Counted from the first letter of the stretch, positions 29,423 through 39,162 are shown. The stretch is 64,000 nucleotides of DNA from Treponemataceae bacterium (GCA_963678065.2 CAXXVZ010000003.1:2048001-2112000); one strand, 5' to 3'. Notes: a model not told the origin generated them from the letters alone. Numbers and translations: made by a program.

Positions 29423-31491
29423 TTAACACTCAATTTGTACAATTTTTTAATTTTTTTTCTAGCTATTGAGTAAAATCGATGGATATAAATATTTTTTTTC
29501 ATTTTATCTATCAATCTGTATGAAAACGATCGTTTAATTTGGTCTAGCTCTTCTAAAGCAGACATATTATATGACAATTTAGAATTTTGTAGCTCTCTTG
29601 AAAAAGCTTCATGACTAAAATACTTATGCACATTTTTTTTACCACGTACAATACTGGCCGGAAAAGATCTAATAAAATCAATATGCTTATTTATTGTTTT
29701 ATCTATATAATATTCCTTTACAGTTCTTAAAGCGGCATCTCGTAACCGTTGATGTTTTTCTTCATCAGCTAATATTTCTTGAATTTTTTTCAAGTACTCT
29801 TCTGGCTTATTTACTTCTTTTACAATTATTCCGTTAATTTCATCTTTAATGAATTCACTCACTCCACCTGAATCCGATACAATAACAACCGCTCCACAAG
29901 CCATTGCTTCGATGGGAAACATTCCAAAGCCCTCATGTAGTGAGGCATCAACAAAAATATCAGTGGATTGCAGAATCTGAGAAATACTTTTCTTCTTCAA
30001 AGGACCAAATATTTTGACAATATTCTCGTCATTTTCAGGGAATTCAATATCCCTAAAATACACTACATTTACTTGAATACCCATGTTTTTGATGATCAAT
30101 AATTTCAATAAGTCCAAGAGCACCCAATCACCTTTCGCACTATCTCCTCTTAAAACAATAGTCACGATTTTTTGTCGATGTTCAGAAGAAACACAAGGAT
30201 GGAATAGATGTTCATTGAAACCATTAACAAGTTTTGTGGAACTTTTATTAAATCTACTCACTACCATATTTTCAAGCCAGTCAGAAATTACCACAACTTC
30301 ATCTACAATTGAAAATGTTTTCTCGATTCGACCATATCGTTCGCCATTATAAAAATACGACTCAAAGCCCTGAACATAGTATACCAGCGGTATTCCTGTT
30401 TTTGTTGAGAAAGAACTGCATGGATATACAGTATTCCATGCAGTAGCCACAATGCAATTTGTTGTAATATTAAATAACTGATATTCTTCTTCGATCACAA
30501 TAAATTCAAACAACAGAGTTTCAAAGTATTGAGATATACTAGGAACAACTATGGCAGCATTGATGTTTCTAATGATCAACTCATTAACGATTTCAACAAC
30601 ATTATGAATGCCTCCAAATGTCTGCCCTATTCCAGGTAAGTAGTACACAACATCATAATTTGGAAATTTACTGGAACTTTTTTTGAAATATGATCGAATT
30701 TTAGAATCAATATATTTAATAGGATCATTTTTTTTATACTTTTTCATTTTTTTAATGTATTGATCACCCCATCTGGTAAAAAACAATGTGCTATTTACTT
30801 TTCTATGTTCAGATATGTCTTCTCCAGACTCAAAACTTGCCTCTCCTTTATGAAAAACGTATGTATCAATGGCTATTATTGCTTCATATCCCTTTTCGGC
30901 AGCAGCAAATTGATAATCCGTTTCTTCACCATAACCTTTCCCATATATTTCGTTCAGATATCCAACATCATTTATGCATTCACGAGTCATCAGCAAGCAA
31001 TTCCCTACGATCGTACAGGCATCAAATGACTCTCCTAAAAACAACTGTCCAAACAATTCATTCATTGTTATATAATTATATCCGCTAAGAATACGATATG
31101 ATATAATAGGAGAATTATTAGAAATTGGAGATACTAAACCAATTCTCCGATTGCTCACCTCAACATGCGAAATTAACTTTGCAATTGCGTTTTCGGTCAA
31201 TAAACAATCGCTATTTAGCAATAATACATACTTCGCCGAGGATTTCTTTAAACCCAAATTTGCTGAGTTAACAAATCCAACATTAGTTGAATTCCTAATA
31301 TAGATTATTTTATCATTTTCTCTGGCAATCGAGATCAATAAATTCTCGGTGTATTGTTCGGAGTTATCATCAATAACATAGATATTCTTGATAGATTCCG
31401 CGTTACTCAGGATAGCACATTGAATACACCTAGCCGCCCACTCCGGTGAGTTATACACAGGTATAATAACATCACATAATTCTTTAGTAAT
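29419..31491 (-). CDS. bifunctional GT2+GT4 glycosyltransferase; probable non-canonical (ATT) start
   Basis: Frame is open upstream of GTG 31458 through CDVIIPVYN; LLNSD and YGEETD (GT2); EGFGMFPIEAM (GT4); GGAGG lies 6 nt before ATT at 31491. Confidence 0.8.
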   Translation of the reverse strand: MTKELCDVIIPVYNSPEWAARCIQCAILSNAESIKNIYVIDDNSEQYTENLLISIARENDKIIYIRNSTNVGFVNSANLGLKKSSAKYVLLLNSDCLLTENAIAKLISHVEVSNRRIGLVSPISNNSPIISYRILSGYNYITMNELFGQLFLGESFDACTIVGNCLLMTRECINDVGYLNEIYGKGYGEETDYQFAAAEKGYEAIIAIDTYVFHKGEASFESGEDISEHRKVNSTLFFTRWGDQYIKKMKKYKKNDPIKYIDSKIRSYFKKSSSKFPNYDVVYYLPGIGQTFGGIHNVVEIVNELIIRNINAAIVVPSISQYFETLLFEFIVIEEEYQLFNITTNCIVATAWNTVYPCSSFSTKTGIPLVYYVQGFESYFYNGERYGRIEKTFSIVDEVVVISDWLENMVVSRFNKSSTKLVNGFNEHLFHPCVSSEHRQKIVTIVLRGDSAKGDWVLLDLLKLLIIKNMGIQVNVVYFRDIEFPENDENIVKIFGPLKKKSISQILQSTDIFVDASLHEGFGMFPIEAMACGAVVIVSDSGGVSEFIKDEINGIIVKEVNKPEEYLKKIQEILADEEKHQRLRDAALRTVKEYYIDKTINKHIDFIRSFPASIVRGKKNVHKYFSHEAFSRELQNSKLSYNMSALEELDQIKRSFSYRLIDKMKKNIYIHRFYSIARKKIKKLYKLSVK

Positions 31492-31620
31492 TTTTCCCCT
31501 CCCCCACTATACCTAAAGTGCTTAATTGCCTGTTGCTTCTACAATTCTTGCTGTAATCTGGTCAGATATCTTAACCTATTTGAAACAACGCCCAGAAGTA
31601 TTCCGCACATCAATATACAA

Positions 31621-31960
31621 CTTAAATTCCCGTTATATTGCAGCTAGGCGGACACAGGTAATTCCATCTTGAGCAGTTCCAGAATTTCACGTTGGTTTTT
31701 GTGGCCTAAGGAAATAACGGGCAGGCGGCCATCGACGGTCTCGATCGTATGCATCGAAGATGCTCATCGAACTGGTATGAGACAGTTCATCAAAGAATCA
31801 GCGAAAGCCCTATGATTGTTGCTGAGGCGATTGCTGGAGCATCCTTAGCCGCTCAAGAAGTATTTGTATGCCGCCCAGGATTTCAGGTAAAATTTTTATC
31901 AGAGGGGAATTCTCTTGTTAACATATGTATAGAGAACACCATCGTACGGGCTCTGACCCC
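31621..31960 (-). pseudogene. degraded IS1634/IS4-like transposase remnant with terminal repeat-like end
   Basis: Frame-broken minus-strand fragments VLYTYVNK, LERLRM, IIGLSLIL, HTIETVDGRLPVISLGHKNQREILELLKMELPVSA*; followed by ataacgggaatttaag; higher GC than the flanking genes. Confidence 0.55.
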
Positions 31961-31965
31961 ACTTC

Positions 31966-33225
31966 TCATTTAATTTTGCTCATCTTATGACTTTTGAGAA
32001 AGCCCCTATTAGTATTTTTTTTCATTTTCAGTATTCTTCGCATCATTTCGGTAATTTTTCTTATCGGAAGGGTTATTCGATATGCTTTTCGATTAAGTAA
32101 TTGACTTAATTCTTGGTTTAACCGAGCAATTTCATTACTAAAATATGTCTGGTTGCTTTCAATACTACTACAAAGTTGCTTAACAGTGCCTATTCGAGAG
32201 GCTACTGAATCCTTATTACTTTGAAGATTATTAAAAATATCTTTAAGAACTTCAGCAAACTGCCTTGAAGACTCTGTCCAATCAATCCAATTCTGTGCTG
32301 TCACAGATGCACCATTCTTTAGCTTTTGTAGAAGAGATGGGTCTTCTTTGAGCTTATTTATATAATCAATTACTAGTTTCTCATTATCAGTGGGAACAAC
32401 GAGGCTATTATAGCCGTGAACAATATATTCATCATATCCACTTACATCATATACAATTGCGGTTCCACCACAATGAAACATTTCAAGTGGAGGTCCGAAC
32501 ATACCTTCAATATAACTGAGTTTCACAATCAAATCACAGGATCGATAAATTGCTCCTACAGTATTTATCGGAACACGACAAAAGACTCTATCGATATTTA
32601 GTTCCTCTTCAATCTCAGTCCGTGTCAGCAGCCATATTTCGTCTGCATTCGATTTTTTACATAATTCTATAGTTTTTTTTACATTCTTAAAATCCAGATC
32701 CAGAGGTCCTTCAACAAGAATACGGAGTCGACCTTCTTCTCTTTTTTTTACACAGTGGCCCTTCTCAAGAAACAGGCTTTTATCTATACCATTCCTAACT
32801 AAAAAAGCATCAACGGCATATTTATCATATATGTATTTTTTGATCCATGAAGCTTCAGTTATTACATGATATCCCAACATATATGTAGCTTCTGCGAGAT
32901 ATTTTTGTTGCTCCCCAGGATAGAATCTCGATTCGACAGATTGATTAAAATATACATAATGTCTAGCATTGATCATATCATGTTGGTAGCAAGTTACCCA
33001 AAATGTGGTTACCAGAATATCAAATTCAATTTCGCTACAATTATCCGCTGCAATCCATTTCATTGTCTTTGCTATGTGGTGCCATGATACATCGTGATGT
33101 TTTTTCCCCCCTGGAACGATCATGAATACATCGTTTCTAGTTTTCGCTAGATACCCAGCATGTTCCAATATAACATTCACACCACCACTTATTTCCGTAC
33201 CTGCAAGTAAAAAACCTATTTTCAT
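31966..33225 (-). CDS. GT4 family glycosyltransferase (WsaF-like) with coiled-coil tail
   Basis: ISGGVNVILEHA, YFNQSVESRFY, EGMFGPPLEM. Confidence 0.8.
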   Translation of the reverse strand: MKIGFLLAGTEISGGVNVILEHAGYLAKTRNDVFMIVPGGKKHHDVSWHHIAKTMKWIAADNCSEIEFDILVTTFWVTCYQHDMINARHYVYFNQSVESRFYPGEQQKYLAEATYMLGYHVITEASWIKKYIYDKYAVDAFLVRNGIDKSLFLEKGHCVKKREEGRLRILVEGPLDLDFKNVKKTIELCKKSNADEIWLLTRTEIEEELNIDRVFCRVPINTVGAIYRSCDLIVKLSYIEGMFGPPLEMFHCGGTAIVYDVSGYDEYIVHGYNSLVVPTDNEKLVIDYINKLKEDPSLLQKLKNGASVTAQNWIDWTESSRQFAEVLKDIFNNLQSNKDSVASRIGTVKQLCSSIESNQTYFSNEIARLNQELSQLLNRKAYRITLPIRKITEMMRRILKMKKNTNRGFLKSHKMSKIK

Positions 33226-33240
33226 ATTACTTTTCTTCCT

Positions 33241-35205
33241 TTACCGTTTTGTCAAAATACGCATTACATTATTCAATGAATAAGGGTTTTCTTTATAGTA
33301 TGTTTGAATATATCTTTTTTGCCCTTCCACGGGAAATTTTCCATCCATCCATGAACCATCAAAATGATGGATTGTTTTACATTTTTTGTTTTTGATATCA
33401 ATTGTCAAAATATCCGGGGATAAAACACAAACATCCTTGACATATTGTTTTTTCCCACTAAACTGTAGCCCATATTTTTTTAATATATTCGTCAGCACAA
33501 CAACGTTAGTTACTTGATCCATTGAGCCATCTTCAAATATAAACTTTCTTTCCTCATATGTCTTCAACCATTCATAAAAAAGCCAGAATCGAGGGACACA
33601 CCCCATTACAGCCGTTTGGACGTGGCGCTTGCTTTCGAAACCCAAAAAACATTTTTCCTGAAGTAAATCATCAATACTTTTTTTTGCTTCTACATCAACA
33701 TCAAAATATACCCCACCATATTCATACAGCGCTTTTATCCGAAAATAGTCGGAAACAAAGGCCCATTTCTGTTTCTCATATGCTTCAGAGACATATCTAT
33801 TTTCTTTAATATTACAATTAGTCTCATTCCACTCAACAATTCTGTAATCAGGCATATATTGTTGCCAGGTCGCAATACAGCGATATGCCAGTTCTGATTT
33901 TTCCGTCCCTCCGAACCAACAGATATGGATGATTTTTGGTATTTCAATTTCTCCTTGTAATTTTTTGATATCTGCCTGTAAAAACTGTAAGGACTGTAAA
34001 TAATTTTTTTTATGAAATGTAATAAAATAGCGCGCATCTGTCTTTTTTGCAGATTTATTACAACTATGTGTAATTTTTGCATCATTACAGTAATAAGATA
34101 AACCACCAGATAGCTTGATTTTATGATAAAGCAGATCTTCTTCTAAATATAAAAAAGTCCGATCGTCAAACGCAAAATCATTCCTCTTGACAAAGAGAGG
34201 AGAGAACACTAAAGCAGCACCATGAAGAATTAAATCCCCCCAAATATCATGATCAGGAGCAAGGGGAAAGCCATGCACTATATCGGTATCCATTAATTCT
34301 TTCTTTTTTGACATAAATGTGTACCAGGCTAGTGTCTGAGAAAAACGATTCTCCCAATCAGACAGATTCATCTCTCCGACGTGCATAGGATTTTGATGTA
34401 AATAAGTATCCGGCAGAATGATATCTGGCCCACAAACTGAAAAAAACTGTTTTTTATACTTATTTTCAGTTTCTTTTGTAAAATTGCTATCGGTAAAATA
34501 GGTGTCATTATTTATTATCGCTATAAAATCCATCCCCTTATCCTTAGCGAATTTATAGCCCCGATTATTTGCTTTAGCGAATCCAATATTTTTCCCTATT
34601 ATTAGTATTTCAATATTTGGCTTTTTCGAACAGTATTCTGTTATCGAATTTATATGTTCATCTGATGAACCGTTATCTATAACAAAAATGCTACAACCAC
34701 TGTAGTACTTTTGAATTGATTCCAGACACTTTTTTGTTTCATCGCTCGAATTATATTGAAGAACCACAAAAGCCCAATTATAGGTTTTTTTTAATAAATA
34801 CTTATATGCTATATTTAATAAATTTTCCTCGGAAGTGATTTTTTCATTACTAATTTGGGAACATATTACTATACTATCTTCTTCAATCCTAACATTGGTC
34901 CATTTCATTATTTCTTTCAATGAGAACAACAAATCGACACGATATCGCAAAAAAGAATAACGAGCACGATTCACAAGCATGCCAAACAAAACATCAATCT
35001 GATTCCAGATAAATATTTCTTGATTATCATGGTAGTTAGCACTAGAATGCCTTGGCCTTTTCCTTATTTGCTCAAACCTGTCTTTAAAAGAGACATACAA
35101 ATATAATCCAATTTTATAAACCTGTTTATTCTTTTGAAAAAAAGGAAAGCGCCGGCGAAATCCGTCTTCACAATTCAATAATTTATTTTGATCATAATTC
35201 ATCAT
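33241..35205 (-). CDS. fused GT2 + DXD (GT32/Caps_synth-like) glycosyltransferase
   Basis: VVLQYN, IDNGS, GFAKANN, INND, FLYLEED; then IPKIIHICWFG, WAFVSDYFR, GGVYFDVDVE. Confidence 0.82.
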   Translation of the reverse strand: MMNYDQNKLLNCEDGFRRRFPFFQKNKQVYKIGLYLYVSFKDRFEQIRKRPRHSSANYHDNQEIFIWNQIDVLFGMLVNRARYSFLRYRVDLLFSLKEIMKWTNVRIEEDSIVICSQISNEKITSEENLLNIAYKYLLKKTYNWAFVVLQYNSSDETKKCLESIQKYYSGCSIFVIDNGSSDEHINSITEYCSKKPNIEILIIGKNIGFAKANNRGYKFAKDKGMDFIAIINNDTYFTDSNFTKETENKYKKQFFSVCGPDIILPDTYLHQNPMHVGEMNLSDWENRFSQTLAWYTFMSKKKELMDTDIVHGFPLAPDHDIWGDLILHGAALVFSPLFVKRNDFAFDDRTFLYLEEDLLYHKIKLSGGLSYYCNDAKITHSCNKSAKKTDARYFITFHKKNYLQSLQFLQADIKKLQGEIEIPKIIHICWFGGTEKSELAYRCIATWQQYMPDYRIVEWNETNCNIKENRYVSEAYEKQKWAFVSDYFRIKALYEYGGVYFDVDVEAKKSIDDLLQEKCFLGFESKRHVQTAVMGCVPRFWLFYEWLKTYEERKFIFEDGSMDQVTNVVVLTNILKKYGLQFSGKKQYVKDVCVLSPDILTIDIKNKKCKTIHHFDGSWMDGKFPVEGQKRYIQTYYKENPYSLNNVMRILTKR

Positions 35206-35251
35206 TTCTCGTCCTTTGCTATCATGAAAACATTTTCCCTTGTTTAATAGT

Positions 35252-35280
35252 AAACCACCACCTGCAAAGCAGGTGGGTTT
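35252..35280. repeat. IS200/IS605-end-like (REP-like) hairpin
   Basis: aaaccaccacctgc-aaa-gcaggtgggttt, GC-rich within an AT-rich intergenic region. Confidence 0.5.
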
Positions 35281-35319
35281 CTTACATTACTAAATTATTC
35301 ATATCAACAATAGATTACG

Positions 35320-36423
35320 TCAATGATTCCTTATAGCACGAAAAGGAGAAGTGAGAATTTTTCCAATTCGAAAACTTAAGCTATTTTTAATAGAAATATA
35401 ATTATTATTAATACTGAAAAGTTCTTCATTTTTCAAATCCAACAAATGCTGCAATTCTTGGTTCAATTCACATAGTTCCTTTATCTTACCATTGCTTTTT
35501 TCGTATCCATTTTTTATTATGGATAATTCACCTTGCCGTCCAGCAAGGTCGATTCCCAAATTTTGTGCCTGCAGACTTAGTTCTTCAACCTTGCTCTGCA
35601 AAGTTGATTTCTCTACAAGTATTTCATTTAGCTTTTTATCCCTATCTTCACTTTGTCTCTTCATTTCTAACAAGCTATTATTTACAGCACCTATTACATT
35701 ATCTTTAGAGGACTCTAGGGAAATCTTAGAGCCCAATGCATAAAAATAATTAATCATGCTAGAATGGTCATTTTGGAATCGTTCAAAAAAGGATTCAATT
35801 CGGTTTTCTTTATTTTGACCATAGTAAATACAACCCAAACCATGGCAAAATGGAAATTCAATGCTGGGGTATTTGTTTTTTATCTCTTCCCAAAATTTCC
35901 ATACGCCAAAGTTTCTTTCTCTAACATTTATATCATGAAATATTACAATACTCCGGTCACTTAGCTTTTCAATCCAATTAGTAAAATCATGACAAACAGC
36001 CTCATACGTATGATATCCATCTATATGTAGCAAATCGATGGAATGATTATCAAAGTACTGCTTTGCATCATCAAAGCTACTTTGAATCAGTCTAGAAAAC
36101 CCTCCATACTCTTGGTCATGTTTTTGCCGTAGCACGGAAAGAACTTCATTTCCATAATAGCCTGTTTGAGCATCTCCGCTCCATAGATCAACCGCATAGG
36201 CCTTTGTATCAAGACGACAATTCTTAATTGCTTGACAAAATGAAAGATACGAGCCACCGGAAAATGTACCTAATTCCACCAAGACTTTCGGCTTCAATAA
36301 TTCAATTAGAAACATGCCAAATGGGATATGCTCTATCCAAGCACACATAGGATCAATATTCATTGGACGAGAGTATGCAATTGGATAATCTAGTGGATTA
36401 AAATCACTTTCACACGAATTCAT
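35320..36423 (-). CDS. class I SAM-dependent methyltransferase with coiled-coil C-terminus (putative glycan chain terminator)
   Basis: LVELGT..G.SY, AVDLW.GD, IDLLHIDG.HTYE, FHD; heptad-rich tail ending SLSFRIGKILTSPFR. Confidence 0.85.
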   Translation of the reverse strand: MNSCESDFNPLDYPIAYSRPMNIDPMCAWIEHIPFGMFLIELLKPKVLVELGTFSGGSYLSFCQAIKNCRLDTKAYAVDLWSGDAQTGYYGNEVLSVLRQKHDQEYGGFSRLIQSSFDDAKQYFDNHSIDLLHIDGYHTYEAVCHDFTNWIEKLSDRSIVIFHDINVRERNFGVWKFWEEIKNKYPSIEFPFCHGLGCIYYGQNKENRIESFFERFQNDHSSMINYFYALGSKISLESSKDNVIGAVNNSLLEMKRQSEDRDKKLNEILVEKSTLQSKVEELSLQAQNLGIDLAGRQGELSIIKNGYEKSNGKIKELCELNQELQHLLDLKNEELFSINNNYISIKNSLSFRIGKILTSPFRAIRNH

Positions 36424-36500
36424 TCAATTCTCCTGAACATATCCGGAAGCAGGAAATATTTAATCATTAATAGATCAAAAACGATACAGTGAAACAAATA

Positions 36501-37250
36501 TCAGCATAAGCGATGGCCTCCCATCTCATTGAGAAAAGAAGAACAAACATCCTCCGTACTACCTATCATTCGCGTAGTACCACTTTCAAGCCATAAAACT
36601 TTATCACAAATATCTTTCACAGTAGATAAATTATGAGATACAAAAATGACAGTGGCTCCATTCTCCATCATCGCCTTCATTTTCATTTCGCTTTTTTTTT
36701 GAAACTGTATATCGCCTACAGAAAGAATCTCGTCAACAATTAATACTTCTGGCTCAACCAGAGTTGCTATAGAAAATGCTAAACGAGCAATCATCCCTGA
36801 TGAAAAATTTTTAAGCGGGACGTCAATGAATTGATTCAATTCAGCAAAATCAACAATTTCATCAAATTGATTTTTAAGAAAGGATCTGTCATAACCAAGC
36901 ACTGCTCCATTTAAAAATATATTCTCTCTTGCTGTAAGATCAACATCGAACCCAGCTCCTAATTCAATGAGAGGGGAAATTTTGCCCGATACAGAGACTA
37001 TACCATTGGTAGGACGTATCACCCCAGCAATGATCTTGAGCAAAGTACTTTTCCCTGCACCGTTCAGGCCGATTATTCCTAGAACCTCTCCAGGATTAAC
37101 TTGAAAAGAAATATTTTTCAAAGCCCAGAATTCATCAAAAAGCACTGTCTGTTTAATTCTCTTAATAAGAAATTCTTTCAAATTAGTGATTTTTTCCCTT
37201 CCAAGATAAAATCGCATAGAAACATCATTTATAATTATCATACTATCCAA
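36501..37250 (-). CDS. wzt: polysaccharide ABC exporter ATPase (no C-terminal carbohydrate-binding domain)
   Basis: FWALKNISF, GLNGAGKST, FSSGMIARLAF, IVDEILSVGD; 249 aa. Confidence 0.92.
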   Translation of the reverse strand: MDSMIIINDVSMRFYLGREKITNLKEFLIKRIKQTVLFDEFWALKNISFQVNPGEVLGIIGLNGAGKSTLLKIIAGVIRPTNGIVSVSGKISPLIELGAGFDVDLTARENIFLNGAVLGYDRSFLKNQFDEIVDFAELNQFIDVPLKNFSSGMIARLAFSIATLVEPEVLIVDEILSVGDIQFQKKSEMKMKAMMENGATVIFVSHNLSTVKDICDKVLWLESGTTRMIGSTEDVCSSFLNEMGGHRLC

Positions 37251-37257
37251 CTTATAT

Positions 37258-38040
37258 TCAAAAATATAATGTAAATCTATTTTGATTCCTTTTAAAAAGG
37301 ATCAATCCCACAATCAAACTTCCCAACCCAAATCCTAAACAAAACAATACTTGCTTCAGGTCTGGAAAATGATGATCTAGTACAATTGCCCTGAAAAATA
37401 AAATGTATTGGTAGATTGGATTGGAAGAGAGAACCCAAGCTATTCTTTTTGGTATTATACTCTCAGGATAAAAAATAGGAGTCAGATACATCCACATCAA
37501 CATGAATATGCCGTGGAAATGGATCAGGTCTCGAAAAAAAACTGTATAGGTGGCAAGGATGAGAGAAAGTCCAAGAACAAACATAAACAAAGTCAAAAAT
37601 AACAGTGGGGCAGCCACTAATGCTACATTTGGAGATATTCCTGTAGTAAGTGAGACAATTATTAATGCAATCAAAGAGAACCCAAAGTTGACAAAAGCAG
37701 ATACTGTTTTGGCAATGGGGAAAACATATTTCGGTATGTATACTTTATTGATTAGACCTGCATTTCCAAATACGGAATATAGGGCACCATTTGTCGCCTC
37801 TTGCATAAAACCGAAAACAAGAGAACCGCATAAATAGTAAACTAAAAAATTTGGAATTTGAAATCGAAACAATTGAGAAAAAACTATGTCAAGAATTAGC
37901 ATCATAAAAAGTGGATTCAATACACTCCATAGAATTCCTAGCACCGAGCGTTTGTATTTATTTTTAATTTCCCTAACCACTAGTTCATTAAGAAGAAAGC
38001 GGTATTTTAGAAAATTATTGAACCAACCTATGATTTTCAC
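37258..38040 (-). CDS. wzm: polysaccharide ABC exporter permease
   Basis: REIKNKYKRSVLGILWSVLNPL, FFRD, YLTPIFYP, NPI. Confidence 0.92.
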   Translation of the reverse strand: MKIIGWFNNFLKYRFLLNELVVREIKNKYKRSVLGILWSVLNPLFMMLILDIVFSQLFRFQIPNFLVYYLCGSLVFGFMQEATNGALYSVFGNAGLINKVYIPKYVFPIAKTVSAFVNFGFSLIALIIVSLTTGISPNVALVAAPLLFLTLFMFVLGLSLILATYTVFFRDLIHFHGIFMLMWMYLTPIFYPESIIPKRIAWVLSSNPIYQYILFFRAIVLDHHFPDLKQVLFCLGFGLGSLIVGLILFKRNQNRFTLYF

Positions 38041-38079
38041 TATGAATTCCTTATGCCTGATTAAGCGGGGGAACCAGAG

Positions 38080-39162
38080 CTAGACCGATCCGGACACCAC
38101 TTCGGCGAAACTCCGCAGGAATACGGCCTCCGAGAAGCGCTCCGCGTGTCTACGGATGACATCCGGGTCGACCCATGAGGAATCCGCCTCGAAGCCATCG
38201 ATTGCCCTGTTCAGGGCTTCCGGAGTCGCTTCGTCGAAAAAGAGCCCTGTCTTTCTGTCCTCGACCGATTCGAGAACCCCGCCGCGTCTGAAGGCGATGA
38301 CCGGTTTGCCCGAGGCCATCGCTTCCACGGGGACTATACCGAAATCCTCGACGCCAGGGAAGACGAGGGCTTTGCAACCTGCAAGGAGCCTTTCGATGTC
38401 ACTGTCGGAGGCGTGCCCTATAAATTCAATATTGGGCCCCGCCATCGCACGAAGCGGTTCGATCTCGTACCCCGAACCCGCGACTACGAGGCGCCTCCCG
38501 CTTGACGTGAAGGCTCGTACTGCCAGATCAGGACGTTTATAGCGTATAAGCTGCCCAACCCAGAGGTAGTAATCGCCGGCAGAATGGGAAACCGAAAAAC
38601 GTTCTATGCTGACCGGGGGCGGAATTACTACCGAATCGCGCCTCCAGTATTTCCTGATCCGTTGAGCCACAAAAGAAGAGTTGGCTATAATCCTGTCCAC
38701 CCTCGCGGCGCTTGTCACGTCCCAGATCCTGAGATAATTGAACGCAAGTTTCATGATATTTTTTGTTATAAAATCCTTCCCCACAAGGTATCCCGGATAC
38801 ATATCCCACAGATAGCGCATGGGCGAATGGCAGTAGCAGACATGCAGGCAATCGGGATCGGTTATGACACCTTTGGCAGGACCGGACTCGGAAGAGATAA
38901 CAAGGTCGTAGCCGCGCAGATCCAGCTGCTCGAGGGCGAGCGGCATCAGAAAGAGATAGTGTTGATACCATGAGGCCACCTTCGGCAGATGCTGCACGAA
39001 GGTGGTCGTGATCCTGTGGGCCTTGATCGTCTCGGATATTCCGTCGGGAATGTATACATTTGTGTAGATATCGGCATCGGGGTACATCCTGCAAAGGGCT
39101 TCGAGCACTCGTTCCCCGCCACGCATGCCAACGAGCCAGTAGTGGACTATCGCGACTTTCAT
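38080..39162 (-). CDS. GT4 glycosyltransferase (WbaZ-like)
   Basis: MRGGERVL, YCHSPMRYLWD, EDFGIVPVEAMASG; host-like GC content. Confidence 0.9.
   Translation of the reverse strand: MKVAIVHYWLVGMRGGERVLEALCRMYPDADIYTNVYIPDGISETIKAHRITTTFVQHLPKVASWYQHYLFLMPLALEQLDLRGYDLVISSESGPAKGVITDPDCLHVCYCHSPMRYLWDMYPGYLVGKDFITKNIMKLAFNYLRIWDVTSAARVDRIIANSSFVAQRIRKYWRRDSVVIPPPVSIERFSVSHSAGDYYLWVGQLIRYKRPDLAVRAFTSSGRRLVVAGSGYEIEPLRAMAGPNIEFIGHASDSDIERLLAGCKALVFPGVEDFGIVPVEAMASGKPVIAFRRGGVLESVEDRKTGLFFDEATPEALNRAIDGFEADSSWVDPDVIRRHAERFSEAVFLRSFAEVVSGSV

Noticed and set aside
31621..31655. Integron attC site
   Set aside because: No matching RYYYAAC/GTTRRRY pair, no cassette array or integrase; better explained as an IS end
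31749..31973. 74-aa plus-strand ORF in the glycan island
   Set aside because: Antisense to the putative transposase remnant, with no SD or motif
26000..38000. A/T runs of 7-9 nt as phase-variation sites
   Set aside because: Expected by chance in such AT-rich, Lys/Phe-rich coding DNA
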